A DNA stretch of 64,000 nucleotides from Polyangiales bacterium (GTDB lineage Bacteria; Myxococcota_A; Polyangia; Polyangiales; Ga0077539): positions 32,001 through 96,000 of the forward strand of contig JBGARZ010000020.1 in NCBI GenBank assembly GCA_044229975.1, read 5' to 3'. Below the pieces are notes generated by a model. It ran no database searches. It saw nothing but the letters and a program-made list of their open reading frames with translations, and was not told where the DNA came from. Positions 39,559 to 48,373 of the stretch are shown here, piece after piece. The position numbers and the translations under genes are program-made. Position 1 is the stretch's first letter. Every line of letters begins with the position of its first letter.

Positions 39559-40489
39559 GCGCGCCGCGCTGACGCCGCGGCGTAGGCGCCGATGACTGCG
39601 GAAGTGAGCATTGCGCGCCGCGCTGACGCCGCGGCGTAGGCGCCGATGACTGCGGAAGTGAGCATTGCGCGCCGCGCTGACGCCGCGGCGTAGCAGCGGT
39701 GACTGCGGACGTAGCCGCTGCGCGCCGCGCTGACGCCGCGGCGTAGGCCCGCCTGCTGCGGACGTGACCGTTGCGCGCCACGCTGACGCTGTGGCGTAGC
39801 AGCGGTGACTGCGGACGTAGGCGCTGCGCGCCGCGCTGACGCCGCGGCGTGGGCCCGCCTGCTGCGGACGTAGCCGCTGCGCGCCGCACTGACGCCGCGG
39901 CGTAGCGCCGGTGACTGCGGGCGTGAGCGTTGCGCGCCACGCTGACGCTGTGGCGTAGCAGCGGTGACTGCGGACGTGAGCGTTGCGCGCCGCGCTGACG
40001 CCGCGGCGTGGGCCCGCCTGCTGCGGACGTGAGCGTTGCGCGCCGCGCTCACGCCGCGGCGTGGGCCCGCCTGCTGCGGACGTGAGCGTTGCGCGCCGCG
40101 CTGACGCCGCGGCGTAGGCCCGCCTGCTACGGACGTAGCCGCTGCGCGCCGCGCTGACGCCGCGGCGTGGGCCCGCCTGCTGCGGACGTGACCGTTGCGC
40201 GCCGCGCTGACGCTGTGGCGTAGCACCGGTGACTGCTGGCCTGACCAGTGCGCGCCGCGCTGACGCCGCGGCGTGGGCCCCGGTGACTGCTGGCCTGACC
40301 AGTGCGCGCCGCGCTGACGCCGCGGCGTAGGCCCGCCTGCTACGGACGTAGCCGCTGCGCGCCGCGCTGACGCCGCGGCGTAGGCCCGCCTGCTGCTGGC
40401 CTGACCGTTGCGCGTCGCGCTGACGCCGCGGCGTGGGCCCGCCTGCTGCGGACGTAGCCGCTGCGCGCCGCGCTGACGCCGCGGCGTGG
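39559..40489 (-). repeat. REP-like array (right): 18 copies of the same 27-bp core in opposite orientation, period 53-54 bp
   Basis: GCGCGCCGCGCTGACGCCGCGGCGT(A/G)G at 39559, 39613, 39667, 39720, 39773, 39826, 39879, 39932, 39985, 40038, 40091, 40144, 40197, 40250, 40304, 40357, 40410, 40463. Confidence 0.95.
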
Positions 40490-40578
40490 CCCTGGGGACC
40501 GGTGCGGCCTCGCTCCCACCAGGTGGGCCATTTCGCGGCACTCCGCGGTCGCCGATCGGGGCCGCGCGATGTGGCAGC

Positions 40579-42102
40579 ATGCGCTCGCGCCCGATGCCCA
40601 GCCGCCTGCGATCACTCCTGCCGTCGCGTTCGCTCACCGCGCAGGTGTCGTTGCTGCTGCTGGTGCCCATCGTGGTGCTGCTCACGCTGCACGGGTGGGT
40701 GCGCCTGGAGATGCGCCGCGACGAGATGCGCGCCGGCGCCATGCGCAGCATGCGCAGCCTCGGCAGCGTGGTGGGCGCCTCGCTCAACACCATCCTGCGC
40801 GATCGTCGCCTCGACGAGCTGCAGGAGCTCACCGAAGACCTCGCGGGCGCCGAACAGCTCTACGGCGTCCTGGTCTACGACACCGCTGCGGCCCAGGTCA
40901 GTCGGTCGCGCTCGATGGCCTCGCCCGACCCGACGCTCGCCACGATGGCGCGTCGTGTCCTCGTGGGAGCTGCTCCCTTCGCCCGCACCATCCGCGCGCC
41001 GGGCGGGGGCGGCGAGATGCTGGCGTACGCGTTCGTGATCCGACCGGGGTCGGGCGGCCCGGCGCGCGGGGCGGCGGTGATCGTGCGCGACCTGCGGCCC
41101 ATGGAGGCCCGCCTCGCGGACTTCAGCCGGGAGGTCACCCTGCTCGGCCTGGTGCTCGGCGTCATCCTCACGGCCATCACCCTCCTCGGTCTGCGGAGCG
41201 CGGTCATCGAGCCCATCGGGGTGCTCGTGAAGCACGTCGAGCGCGTCGCCGCGGGCTCCCTCGACGACGCCGTGGACACCGACCGCCGCGATGAAGTGGG
41301 CCGCCTCGCGCTCGCCTTCGACGACATGCTCCGCTCGCTGCGCGCCGCTCGCGCCGACCTCGACGCCCAGCACGAGGCCGCCCGCTCGCTCGAACGCCGC
41401 CTCCAGCACGCCCAGCGCCTCGCCCTCATCGGTCAGCTCTCGGCCAACGTCGCGCACCAGGTGGGGTCGCCCCTCAACGTGGTGCTCGGGCGCGCGCGGT
41501 ACGCGTTGCAGCAGGGCGTCGCGGAGCCGCGGGTGGAGCGCCACCTGAAGGAGATCGAGGCCGGGGCCGTGCAGATCTCGCAGGTCATCGAGTCGCTGCT
41601 GTCGCACGCGCGGCGGGTGCGCGGCCGCACCGAGCCCGTCGCCCTCGGCGAGCTGGCGACGGCGACGGTGAGGTTTCTGGAAGCCGAGTGCGAAGCGCAA
41701 GGCGTGCGGGTGGAGGTCGACGTGGCGGAGGAGGTCTTGGTGGAAGGATCGCGGCCCGAGCTGGAGCAGGTGATGCTCAACCTGCTCATCAATGCCATCC
41801 AGGCGCAGCCCGAGGGCGGGGCCATCCGGGTGCGCGTGCGCGCGGTGACGCGGGACGGGCACCCGACGGGGGAGTTCAGCGTCGACGACGCGGGGCCGGG
41901 CGTGCCGGAGGCGGAGCGGGCGAAGGTGTTCGAGGCGTTTTTCACGACGAAGGCGGCGGAGGGGACGGGGCTGGGGTTGTCCATCAGCGACGAGATGGTG
42001 CGACGTCACGGCGGGGTGCTGAGCGTCGAGGACAGCGCACTGGGCGGGGCGCGCTTCGTGGTGCGGCTGCCGCGCATCGAGACCGAGAAGGCGGAGGCGT
42101 AG
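40579..42102 (+). CDS. Membrane sensor histidine kinase (HAMP, HisKA, HATPase)
   Basis: Two TM segments, DEVG.LA.AF HAMP, AHQVGSPL H-box, NLLINAIQA, DDAGPG, FFTTK, GTGLGL. Start uncertain (40579/40594). Confidence 0.9.
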   Translation: MRSRPMPSRLRSLLPSRSLTAQVSLLLLVPIVVLLTLHGWVRLEMRRDEMRAGAMRSMRSLGSVVGASLNTILRDRRLDELQELTEDLAGAEQLYGVLVYDTAAAQVSRSRSMASPDPTLATMARRVLVGAAPFARTIRAPGGGGEMLAYAFVIRPGSGGPARGAAVIVRDLRPMEARLADFSREVTLLGLVLGVILTAITLLGLRSAVIEPIGVLVKHVERVAAGSLDDAVDTDRRDEVGRLALAFDDMLRSLRAARADLDAQHEAARSLERRLQHAQRLALIGQLSANVAHQVGSPLNVVLGRARYALQQGVAEPRVERHLKEIEAGAVQISQVIESLLSHARRVRGRTEPVALGELATATVRFLEAECEAQGVRVEVDVAEEVLVEGSRPELEQVMLNLLINAIQAQPEGGAIRVRVRAVTRDGHPTGEFSVDDAGPGVPEAERAKVFEAFFTTKAAEGTGLGLSISDEMVRRHGGVLSVEDSALGGARFVVRLPRIETEKAEA

Positions 42103-43458
42103 ATGGAGACGAGGGACGAGCGGGCCGTGGGTCGGGTGCTGGTGGTCGACGACGACGAGGGGCTCGCGCGCTTCGTGGTGGAGGTGCTCGCCGACGCGGG
42201 CCACCACGCCGAGGCGGCGCCGAGCGCGGCCGTCGCGCGCCGCCGCATCGAGGCCGGCGACTTCGACGTGGTGGTCACCGACCTCCGCATGCCGGGCGAG
42301 TCGGGCCTCGACCTCATCGCGTGGCTGCGGAAGTACGACCCGCGCATCGCCGTGCTCGCGGTGACGGCCTTCGGGTCGCTGGAGACCGCCGTGCAGGCCA
42401 TTCGTCTCGGCGCGGCGGACTACATCCCCAAGCCCTTCGAGCCGTCGGCGCTGCTGCTGGCGGTGGACAAGTCGCTGCGCGCCCACGCGATGCGCTCGGA
42501 GATCGAGCGGCTCCGCGGCGAGGTGCAGGCGCGCTACGGCTTCGACGCGATCGTGGCCCGCAGCGCCGTGATGCAGGAGCTCGTCGCCTTCGCGCGGCGC
42601 ATCGCCGACAGCCCGAGCGGGGCGCTGCTCCAGGGGCCGCCGGGGGTCGGGAAGGAGCTGATGGCGCGGGCGATCCACCACGCGTCGCGACGGCGGGCGC
42701 GGCCCTTCGAGGTGGTGAATTGCAGCGCGACGCCCGACCACGCGCTGGAGGCCGAGCTCTTCGGGCGGCCGAAGGGCGTCGGGCCCGACGCGCTCGATCA
42801 CTCGGCGGGCGTTCTGGCCGCGGCCGACGGCGGGACGGTGCTGCTCGACGAGGTGGGCGACCTGCCGCTGGCCGTGCAGCGGAAGCTGGTTCGGCTCTTC
42901 GAGGGAGAGGGCCCGGACGTGCGGATCATCGCGACGTCGCAGCGCGACCTGCGCCAGGCGGTGGCCGCGAAGACCTTCAGCGAAGACCTGTTCTATCGCC
43001 TCTCGGTGCTGGAGATGGGCATCCCTGCGCTGGCCGACCGCACCGACGACGTGCTGCCGCTGGCGGAGCATTTCCTGCGGGTGACGAGCGCGCGCCTGGG
43101 GCGCCCGGTGAAGGGCTTCTCCGCGGCGGCGTCGCACCTGATGAGCGGCTACGGGTGGCCGGGCAACGTGCGTGAACTGCAGAGCGCCGTCGAGCGCGGG
43201 GCCAACGTGTGCGCGGGCGACGAGGTGACGCCGGACGACCTGCCGCCGACGCTGCGCCGACCGCGCGGACACGACTTCCTCGACGAGGCCGCGGCGCGGG
43301 GCATGACCGTGAGCGAGCTGGAAATCGCCTTCGCGCGGCGCGTGCTCGTGAAGAACGGCGGCAACAAGAAGAAGACCGCGCGGCTGCTGGGCATCGACCG
43401 CCGAACGCTCTACCGCTGGCTCGGCGAGAGCGAGCCGACGGAGCCTGACGAGGGGTGA
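42103..43458 (+). CDS. NtrC-family response regulator (REC-AAA+-Fis HTH) lacking GAFTGA
   Basis: VLVVDDD, TDLRMP, KPF; GPPGVGKEL, LLDEVG, DLFYRL, WPGNVREL; HTH TARLLGIDRRTLYR. Confidence 0.9.
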   Translation: METRDERAVGRVLVVDDDEGLARFVVEVLADAGHHAEAAPSAAVARRRIEAGDFDVVVTDLRMPGESGLDLIAWLRKYDPRIAVLAVTAFGSLETAVQAIRLGAADYIPKPFEPSALLLAVDKSLRAHAMRSEIERLRGEVQARYGFDAIVARSAVMQELVAFARRIADSPSGALLQGPPGVGKELMARAIHHASRRRARPFEVVNCSATPDHALEAELFGRPKGVGPDALDHSAGVLAAADGGTVLLDEVGDLPLAVQRKLVRLFEGEGPDVRIIATSQRDLRQAVAAKTFSEDLFYRLSVLEMGIPALADRTDDVLPLAEHFLRVTSARLGRPVKGFSAAASHLMSGYGWPGNVRELQSAVERGANVCAGDEVTPDDLPPTLRRPRGHDFLDEAAARGMTVSELEIAFARRVLVKNGGNKKKTARLLGIDRRTLYRWLGESEPTEPDEG

Positions 43459-43483
43459 CGGACCCAACGCTGATCGAGGCTGT

Positions 43484-43723
43484 GGCCGGGGTTCACGGTG
43501 CAGGCTCTGCGTCCGCCGTGCGCCGTTCACCCCGGGCAATGGTAGGTGGTCACCCCATCGCTGCGCGACGGGGTTGCAGCAATGGATTCTGTTGAGGCCG
43601 CTGACTGAAGTCTTCGAGAGACGCCTCTTGCAACCCCATCGCGCAGCGATGGGGTGACCACCTACCATTGTCCGGGGTGAACGGCGCACGGCGGACGCAG
43701 AGCCTGCACCGTGAACCCCGGCC
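43484..43723. repeat. 240-bp palindromic element (95-bp arms, 2 mismatches, 50-bp loop); REPIN/MITE-like
   Basis: 43484-43578 is the reverse complement of 43629-43723 except two positions; lies between convergent genes. Confidence 0.9.
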
Positions 43724-46700
43724 TCACACCGGCTCGGCGTAGCGCCCGACGAGGTCGCGCATGGGCTCGTCGTCGAGGGCCGTGTCGCAGCAGGCGCGGT
43801 AGACGTCCGGGGCGCTCCCCTCGGGGCGGTCGACGAAGGCGCAGGGTTGCCGACGGCCGGTCGGGTTGAGCGTTCCGAGCACGCAGTGGCGGCGCTCCAG
43901 GGGCATCACCTCGGCCTCGATCGCGGCGCGCACCCGGCGCTCGAAGTCCTCGATGGTGACGAGGCCGCGGCCGTCGTCCGCGCGCGACGCGCGAACCCAC
44001 TCCAGCGCGAGGCGGGCGCGGCGGCAGCCGCCGGCGATGGCGGCGTTTTGCAGCCGCAGGTCGAAGCCGAGCGCCGGACTGAACGCAAACGCATGCGCAT
44101 ACCCCGGCTGCGCGGGCGCGATGTGGATGAAGTCCGCGCAGATGGCCGGGCGCACGTCGGCGACCGCGCTCTCGGGGTGACCCGCCGCGCGCATCTCGCG
44201 GGCCTCGCGGCGTAGCTGCGGGTTGGCGTACTTCGCGACGCGGTTGATCTGCTGCTGGGTCACCAGCGTGCGATGCACCTTGTCGGCCTCGGCGGTGATG
44301 CGCGCGCGGCGGTACACCGCGACCACCGACGGGTCCGTCGGGTCGCCGCCGGGGACGCGCGGCGGCTCGGTGAGGCTGAGCAGCAGCACCCGATGACGGT
44401 GCTCGGAGAGCCACTCGGCCCCGGGGCGACTGGCGAGCGCGCGGAGGTACGCGAAGGCCGAGTCGCTGGGGAAGTTGTTGAGAATCCCGCCGTCGGCGTA
44501 GAGGCTGCCGACGCCGCTCCCCTCCGGCCGACCGACGCCGAAGAGCTCGCGCTGCGTTCGTAATCTGAACGCGAGCGGAAACGATGACGCCGCCAGCGGG
44601 GCCTGCATCGCGAGGGGCCAGCGCGCCGCCGTGGGCTCCCCGTTGACGGCGTGCGGCCCGGCGCCGAAGTGCACCAGCACCCCGCGGTCGTGGTCGGTCA
44701 CGGTGAAGAGAAACCGCGTCCGCGCGCGCCGCGCATAGGCGTCGAGGTCGACGGTGGCGCCGTCGGCGGAGAAGACCATCGCGCGCAGCTTCTCCTCGAT
44801 GCGGTCGAGGCCGAGGAGCTCGGGCATCGCCCCGTCGCGGCCGCGCAGCGCGAGGCCCCACGCCTCGGCGCGATCGTCGAGCAGCCCCACCACGTCGACG
44901 AAGCGTCCTCGCATGAGCGCGCGCAGGCTGTCGCGGACCTCGGCGCGACGTTCGGGGGAGAGGCCCAGCGCGGCGGCGACGGCCGGCCACGGCGGCGCGT
45001 CGCTGTCGCCCGCGAGCGCCGCAAGGAGCGCGGCAGGAGAGAGGGCCCGCAGCTCGGTGCTCTCTGCCCACAGGCGCGTGAGACGGCTCGCGAGCTCGTC
45101 GACGCGGCCGCCCCCGCCATCGGCCGCGCGGTCGAACCACTCGGGAACGGTCTGCATCAAGCGCACGGCCTCGAAGAGGGTCTTCGGGCTGCTGCTCGAT
45201 GCGTGGAGGAGGTACGAGAAGATGGTTCCGACGGAGGCGCCGGCGTAGAGCCGCGGGGCGAGCTCGTAGTCGTTGAAGGCCGCGATGGCCCCGACCTGAA
45301 ACACCCCGCGAAACACGCCCCCCGCGGGCACCACGATGTCGAGCGGCCCGCGCCCCTCCGGCGCGACCTCGATGGGGTCGGCCCGGTCGACGGACTCGCT
45401 GCTCACATGCCCGTGGCGCTCGACCACCGGGGCCGCGCGCAGTCGCCCGGTGCACCCCGCGCACACCGCCTCCACCGGTCGCAGGTACCCATCACTCCGC
45501 GGAACCCCCTTGCCCGCGAGCGCATCGAGCAGCGCAGCGCAGGACACCGCGCCGTCACCCTCGGCGAGCTCGCGCAGCGTGACGGCGTGCAGGGCTTCGA
45601 GCGTGGCGCGGCAGCCCTGCGCCATGGCGTGGGCGTACTCTGCGCGCGTCGGCGCCGAGAGGGCCTCCATGGGAAGGAGGTCGTCGGGCGCGATGGTGGT
45701 GCAGTCCACGGGGACGGCCGGGTGCCCGCTGCGGTCGAGCAGCGCGTCGTCGGGCGGCGGCGTCGGGGACTTCTTCGCGCGGCGCACGGCGCGGATCATC
45801 TGCGTGATGAGCGACACCACGCGAGCGTTGAACTGGAGGTCCTCCTGGCCCCAGAGGCGGAGGCTGCGGAGGGCGGCCTCGAAGAGCGCGGGCGGCGGGT
45901 CGTCGGGCCCGCGGTGCACCGCCGTCACGTCGCGCGGCCCCGTGTAGACCACGAAGAGCCGGTGCGCGGGGATGGTCCACGGGTCGTCGCCGCGGCGCTC
46001 GCCTCGCCACACGTTGAGCACCTGCGTGAGCGGCGCGTGCTGCACGTGACCCGCGTCGACGAGCAGGTCGTCGGGCACGCACCCCGCCGGCGTCTCCCCG
46101 AACGGAAACACCGCGCGCACCCGCTCCGGCGGAAACATCGGCAGCGTCGCGCACGCCGCGCGGATGGCGGGCCAGAGCCTCGCTTCGCCGTCGAGCAGCA
46201 CGATGCGCGGCGCCCGCAGGCCCTCGTCGAAGGAGCTCACGTTGGCCGCCTCGAACACCAGCCGCGAGCGCACGAGCGAGCGCATCGGCAGCTCGCCGCG
46301 GCCCGGCAGCGACGAGCGCAGCAGCGGCGCGAAGGGGCTCGCGTCGAGGGTCTTCTGCGACAGCGACTCGCGCATCCCGAAGGCGTCGAGCGCCACCTGC
46401 GCCACGTCCGCGGCGCCCTCCGGGAAGAGCACCGACCCGAGCGTCTCGTCGCCGTGACGAAACGCCGGGTCGCCCACCTCCGCGCTCACCCGCCGCGCGA
46501 TCCTCCGCCACGCGTGCCGCGCGAACGATCGCAGCAGCGCCCGGCGGTGCCTCGACGGGAGCCGCGCGAGCAGGCGTGCGCCCCACCACGCGCGGGCCAT
46601 CGTCGAGCGGGCGCGGGCGATGCGGGCGAGCTCGTCGAGGCTCCGCGGGAGGGCGACGAGCGCGTCGATCATCTCGCGCAGCGGGGCGCCCTCCCCAAAC

Positions 46701-47086
46701 AGCACCGACCACGCCGCGCCGCCCGGATCACCGTCGAGCCATGTGCCGATGTACCGCTCGACGAGCGCGCGCCGCTCGGATTGGTCATCGCACTCGGCGG
46801 CGAGCGCGAGCACCGTCCCGGCGAGGCAGCCGACGCTCGTCCCCGCGATGGTGCGCGGGTAGTAGCCCGTCATCACGAGGGCGTGCACCACCCCGGCGTG
46901 GAAGCTCCCCTTGGCCCCGCTGTCGCCGAGCGCGATGCCTGCCAGCGGGTCGCGCACCGGGAAGCCATGGTCGAAGGGAAACGCGAAGGGCTGTGCCCCA
47001 CGCGGGTTGTCCGGGTCGTCGAGCAGCCAGCGCTCCTCGAACGTCCCCCTCCTCGCGTCTCCCATCGACCGCGATGGTACCCGCAT
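43724..47086 (-). CDS. Tandem double patatin-like phospholipase
   Basis: Domain 1: DSGAKG..HAG, GTSVG, DAG. Domain 2: GGVFRG..QVG, GASVG, SSFP, DGG..NNFP. Start 47086 or 47065. Confidence 0.82.
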   Translation of the reverse strand: MRVPSRSMGDARRGTFEERWLLDDPDNPRGAQPFAFPFDHGFPVRDPLAGIALGDSGAKGSFHAGVVHALVMTGYYPRTIAGTSVGCLAGTVLALAAECDDQSERRALVERYIGTWLDGDPGGAAWSVLFGEGAPLREMIDALVALPRSLDELARIARARSTMARAWWGARLLARLPSRHRRALLRSFARHAWRRIARRVSAEVGDPAFRHGDETLGSVLFPEGAADVAQVALDAFGMRESLSQKTLDASPFAPLLRSSLPGRGELPMRSLVRSRLVFEAANVSSFDEGLRAPRIVLLDGEARLWPAIRAACATLPMFPPERVRAVFPFGETPAGCVPDDLLVDAGHVQHAPLTQVLNVWRGERRGDDPWTIPAHRLFVVYTGPRDVTAVHRGPDDPPPALFEAALRSLRLWGQEDLQFNARVVSLITQMIRAVRRAKKSPTPPPDDALLDRSGHPAVPVDCTTIAPDDLLPMEALSAPTRAEYAHAMAQGCRATLEALHAVTLRELAEGDGAVSCAALLDALAGKGVPRSDGYLRPVEAVCAGCTGRLRAAPVVERHGHVSSESVDRADPIEVAPEGRGPLDIVVPAGGVFRGVFQVGAIAAFNDYELAPRLYAGASVGTIFSYLLHASSSSPKTLFEAVRLMQTVPEWFDRAADGGGGRVDELASRLTRLWAESTELRALSPAALLAALAGDSDAPPWPAVAAALGLSPERRAEVRDSLRALMRGRFVDVVGLLDDRAEAWGLALRGRDGAMPELLGLDRIEEKLRAMVFSADGATVDLDAYARRARTRFLFTVTDHDRGVLVHFGAGPHAVNGEPTAARWPLAMQAPLAASSFPLAFRLRTQRELFGVGRPEGSGVGSLYADGGILNNFPSDSAFAYLRALASRPGAEWLSEHRHRVLLLSLTEPPRVPGGDPTDPSVVAVYRRARITAEADKVHRTLVTQQQINRVAKYANPQLRREAREMRAAGHPESAVADVRPAICADFIHIAPAQPGYAHAFAFSPALGFDLRLQNAAIAGGCRRARLALEWVRASRADDGRGLVTIEDFERRVRAAIEAEVMPLERRHCVLGTLNPTGRRQPCAFVDRPEGSAPDVYRACCDTALDDEPMRDLVGRYAEPV

Positions 47087-47256
47087 CGCCGCCGACCCGG
47101 TGTTGACTCCAGAGCGCGCCTCTCGACCCCACTGTGCGGGGCGAAGACCACGGGCATCGGTCGTCCCGGTGGCACCTCAAGACCTCGGCTGGACAAGCCT
47201 TGTGCAATCGCGACGCGGCTGGGTGTGGTCGCCCGTGAGGCATGGCGCCGCACTGG

Positions 47257-47274
47257 TTGGCATCATCCTCGCTA
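47257..47274 (+). promoter_or_regulatory. Putative sigma54 (-24/-12) promoter
   Basis: TTGGCATCATCCTCGCTA = GG-N10-GC close to TGGCAC-N5-TTGC, ~30 bp before ATG 47305. Confidence 0.45.
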
Positions 47275-47304
47275 AGCGCGCCGGGCACCTTGAAAGGCTC
47301 CCCG

Positions 47305-48309
47305 ATGCAATTGCTCCCTCATTCCTCCCATCAGGCCAACCTGCGCGAGCAGGAGGCGAAGATAGACCGGCTCTTTGTTCGCCTTGGTTCCCTCGATTTC
47401 TACTCGTTGCTGGGCGTGCCGCGCGACGCCGAGCCGCCGCTGATCCAGCGGGCCCACGCGCTGCGTCGAATGCTCTACCAGTCGCTCGTCACGGGCTCTC
47501 AGCCGCCCGCGGGCCACGCCAAGGTTCGCGCCATCGTCTCCGCGCTCGACGTCGCCTGGGACACCCTCGGCGACACCACCCGCCGCGCCGAGTACGACCT
47601 CCGCATCGCGGCTTCTCCCGTCTCCTCCACCACCCCGCCGCGCGAGCCCGCCGAGACCCCCGCGCCGCCGCGTCGCCCCAGCATTCCGCCGCCGGTCGGC
47701 GTGATGCCCGCGCTCACCGAGCTGGTGCTCAACCCGCCCTCCGCGACGCCCAACGCGCGCGCCGAGACCCCGACCATCCGTCCGCCGTCGATGCCCCGCG
47801 CCCCCGCGGACAACACCGACGACGTGATGCGCGCGCCCCGGGCTCCGACCCGCCCGAGCCCCGGCCTCGTCGGCGACCTGCCCGCCCGCCCGCAGTCCTC
47901 GCACCTCGACCCCTGGGAGGCGTCCTCGTCGGCCCTTCCGAGCGCGCGCGATGACCTGGCCACGCTCTGTTCCGCGGTCCAGATCACCCTCGCGGCGCTG
48001 TCCGAAGAGCGCCCCTACGACCGCCTCATCGTCGACGCCCGCGAGCGCGTCGCCGAGGTGCAGGCCCGCCACTGTGTCCAAGGCGCCCACGAGCAGGAGC
48101 TGCAGGGCCGCTGGTCGCACGCCGCCCGTTCATGGATGCAAGCCGCCCGCTGCATGCCTGAAGACCCGTGGCTGCTCGCGCACGCCGCTCGCGCCCTGCT
48201 CTTGTCCAACGCTCCCTCCAGCGAGACCGTCGAGGTCGCCCGTCAGGCCCTCGCGATCGACCCCGCCAACTCCCTCGCCAGCACCGTCATCTGGCGCACT
48301 CAGGGGTGA
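47305..48309 (+). CDS. J-domain-like protein (no HPD) with Pro-rich linker and C-terminal TPR-like region
   Basis: DFYSLLGVPRDA...IQRA...AWDTLGD..RRAEYD; ARQALAIDPAN. Confidence 0.75.
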   Translation: MQLLPHSSHQANLREQEAKIDRLFVRLGSLDFYSLLGVPRDAEPPLIQRAHALRRMLYQSLVTGSQPPAGHAKVRAIVSALDVAWDTLGDTTRRAEYDLRIAASPVSSTTPPREPAETPAPPRRPSIPPPVGVMPALTELVLNPPSATPNARAETPTIRPPSMPRAPADNTDDVMRAPRAPTRPSPGLVGDLPARPQSSHLDPWEASSSALPSARDDLATLCSAVQITLAALSEERPYDRLIVDARERVAEVQARHCVQGAHEQELQGRWSHAARSWMQAARCMPEDPWLLAHAARALLLSNAPSSETVEVARQALAIDPANSLASTVIWRTQG

Positions 48310-48373
48310 CCGCCGCCGCCGTCGCGGCATCAGCCCCACGCCGGGCGCAACGACTTTGATGAGGGTCAACCCC

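Noticed and set aside
38464..40489. CRISPR array interpretation of the 53-bp-period repeats
   Set aside because: Linkers are related and re-used rather than unique spacers, there are two inverted arrays, no cas genes occur in the window, and a RAYT-like gene explains the palindromes.
40612..43689. 1025-aa minus-strand ORF and other long antisense ORFs (e.g. 13054-14859, 14959-16905, 27958-30453, 31473-33815, 44651-47275, 58705-60957)
   Set aside because: Shadow ORFs opposite well-supported genes, expected in very high-GC DNA.
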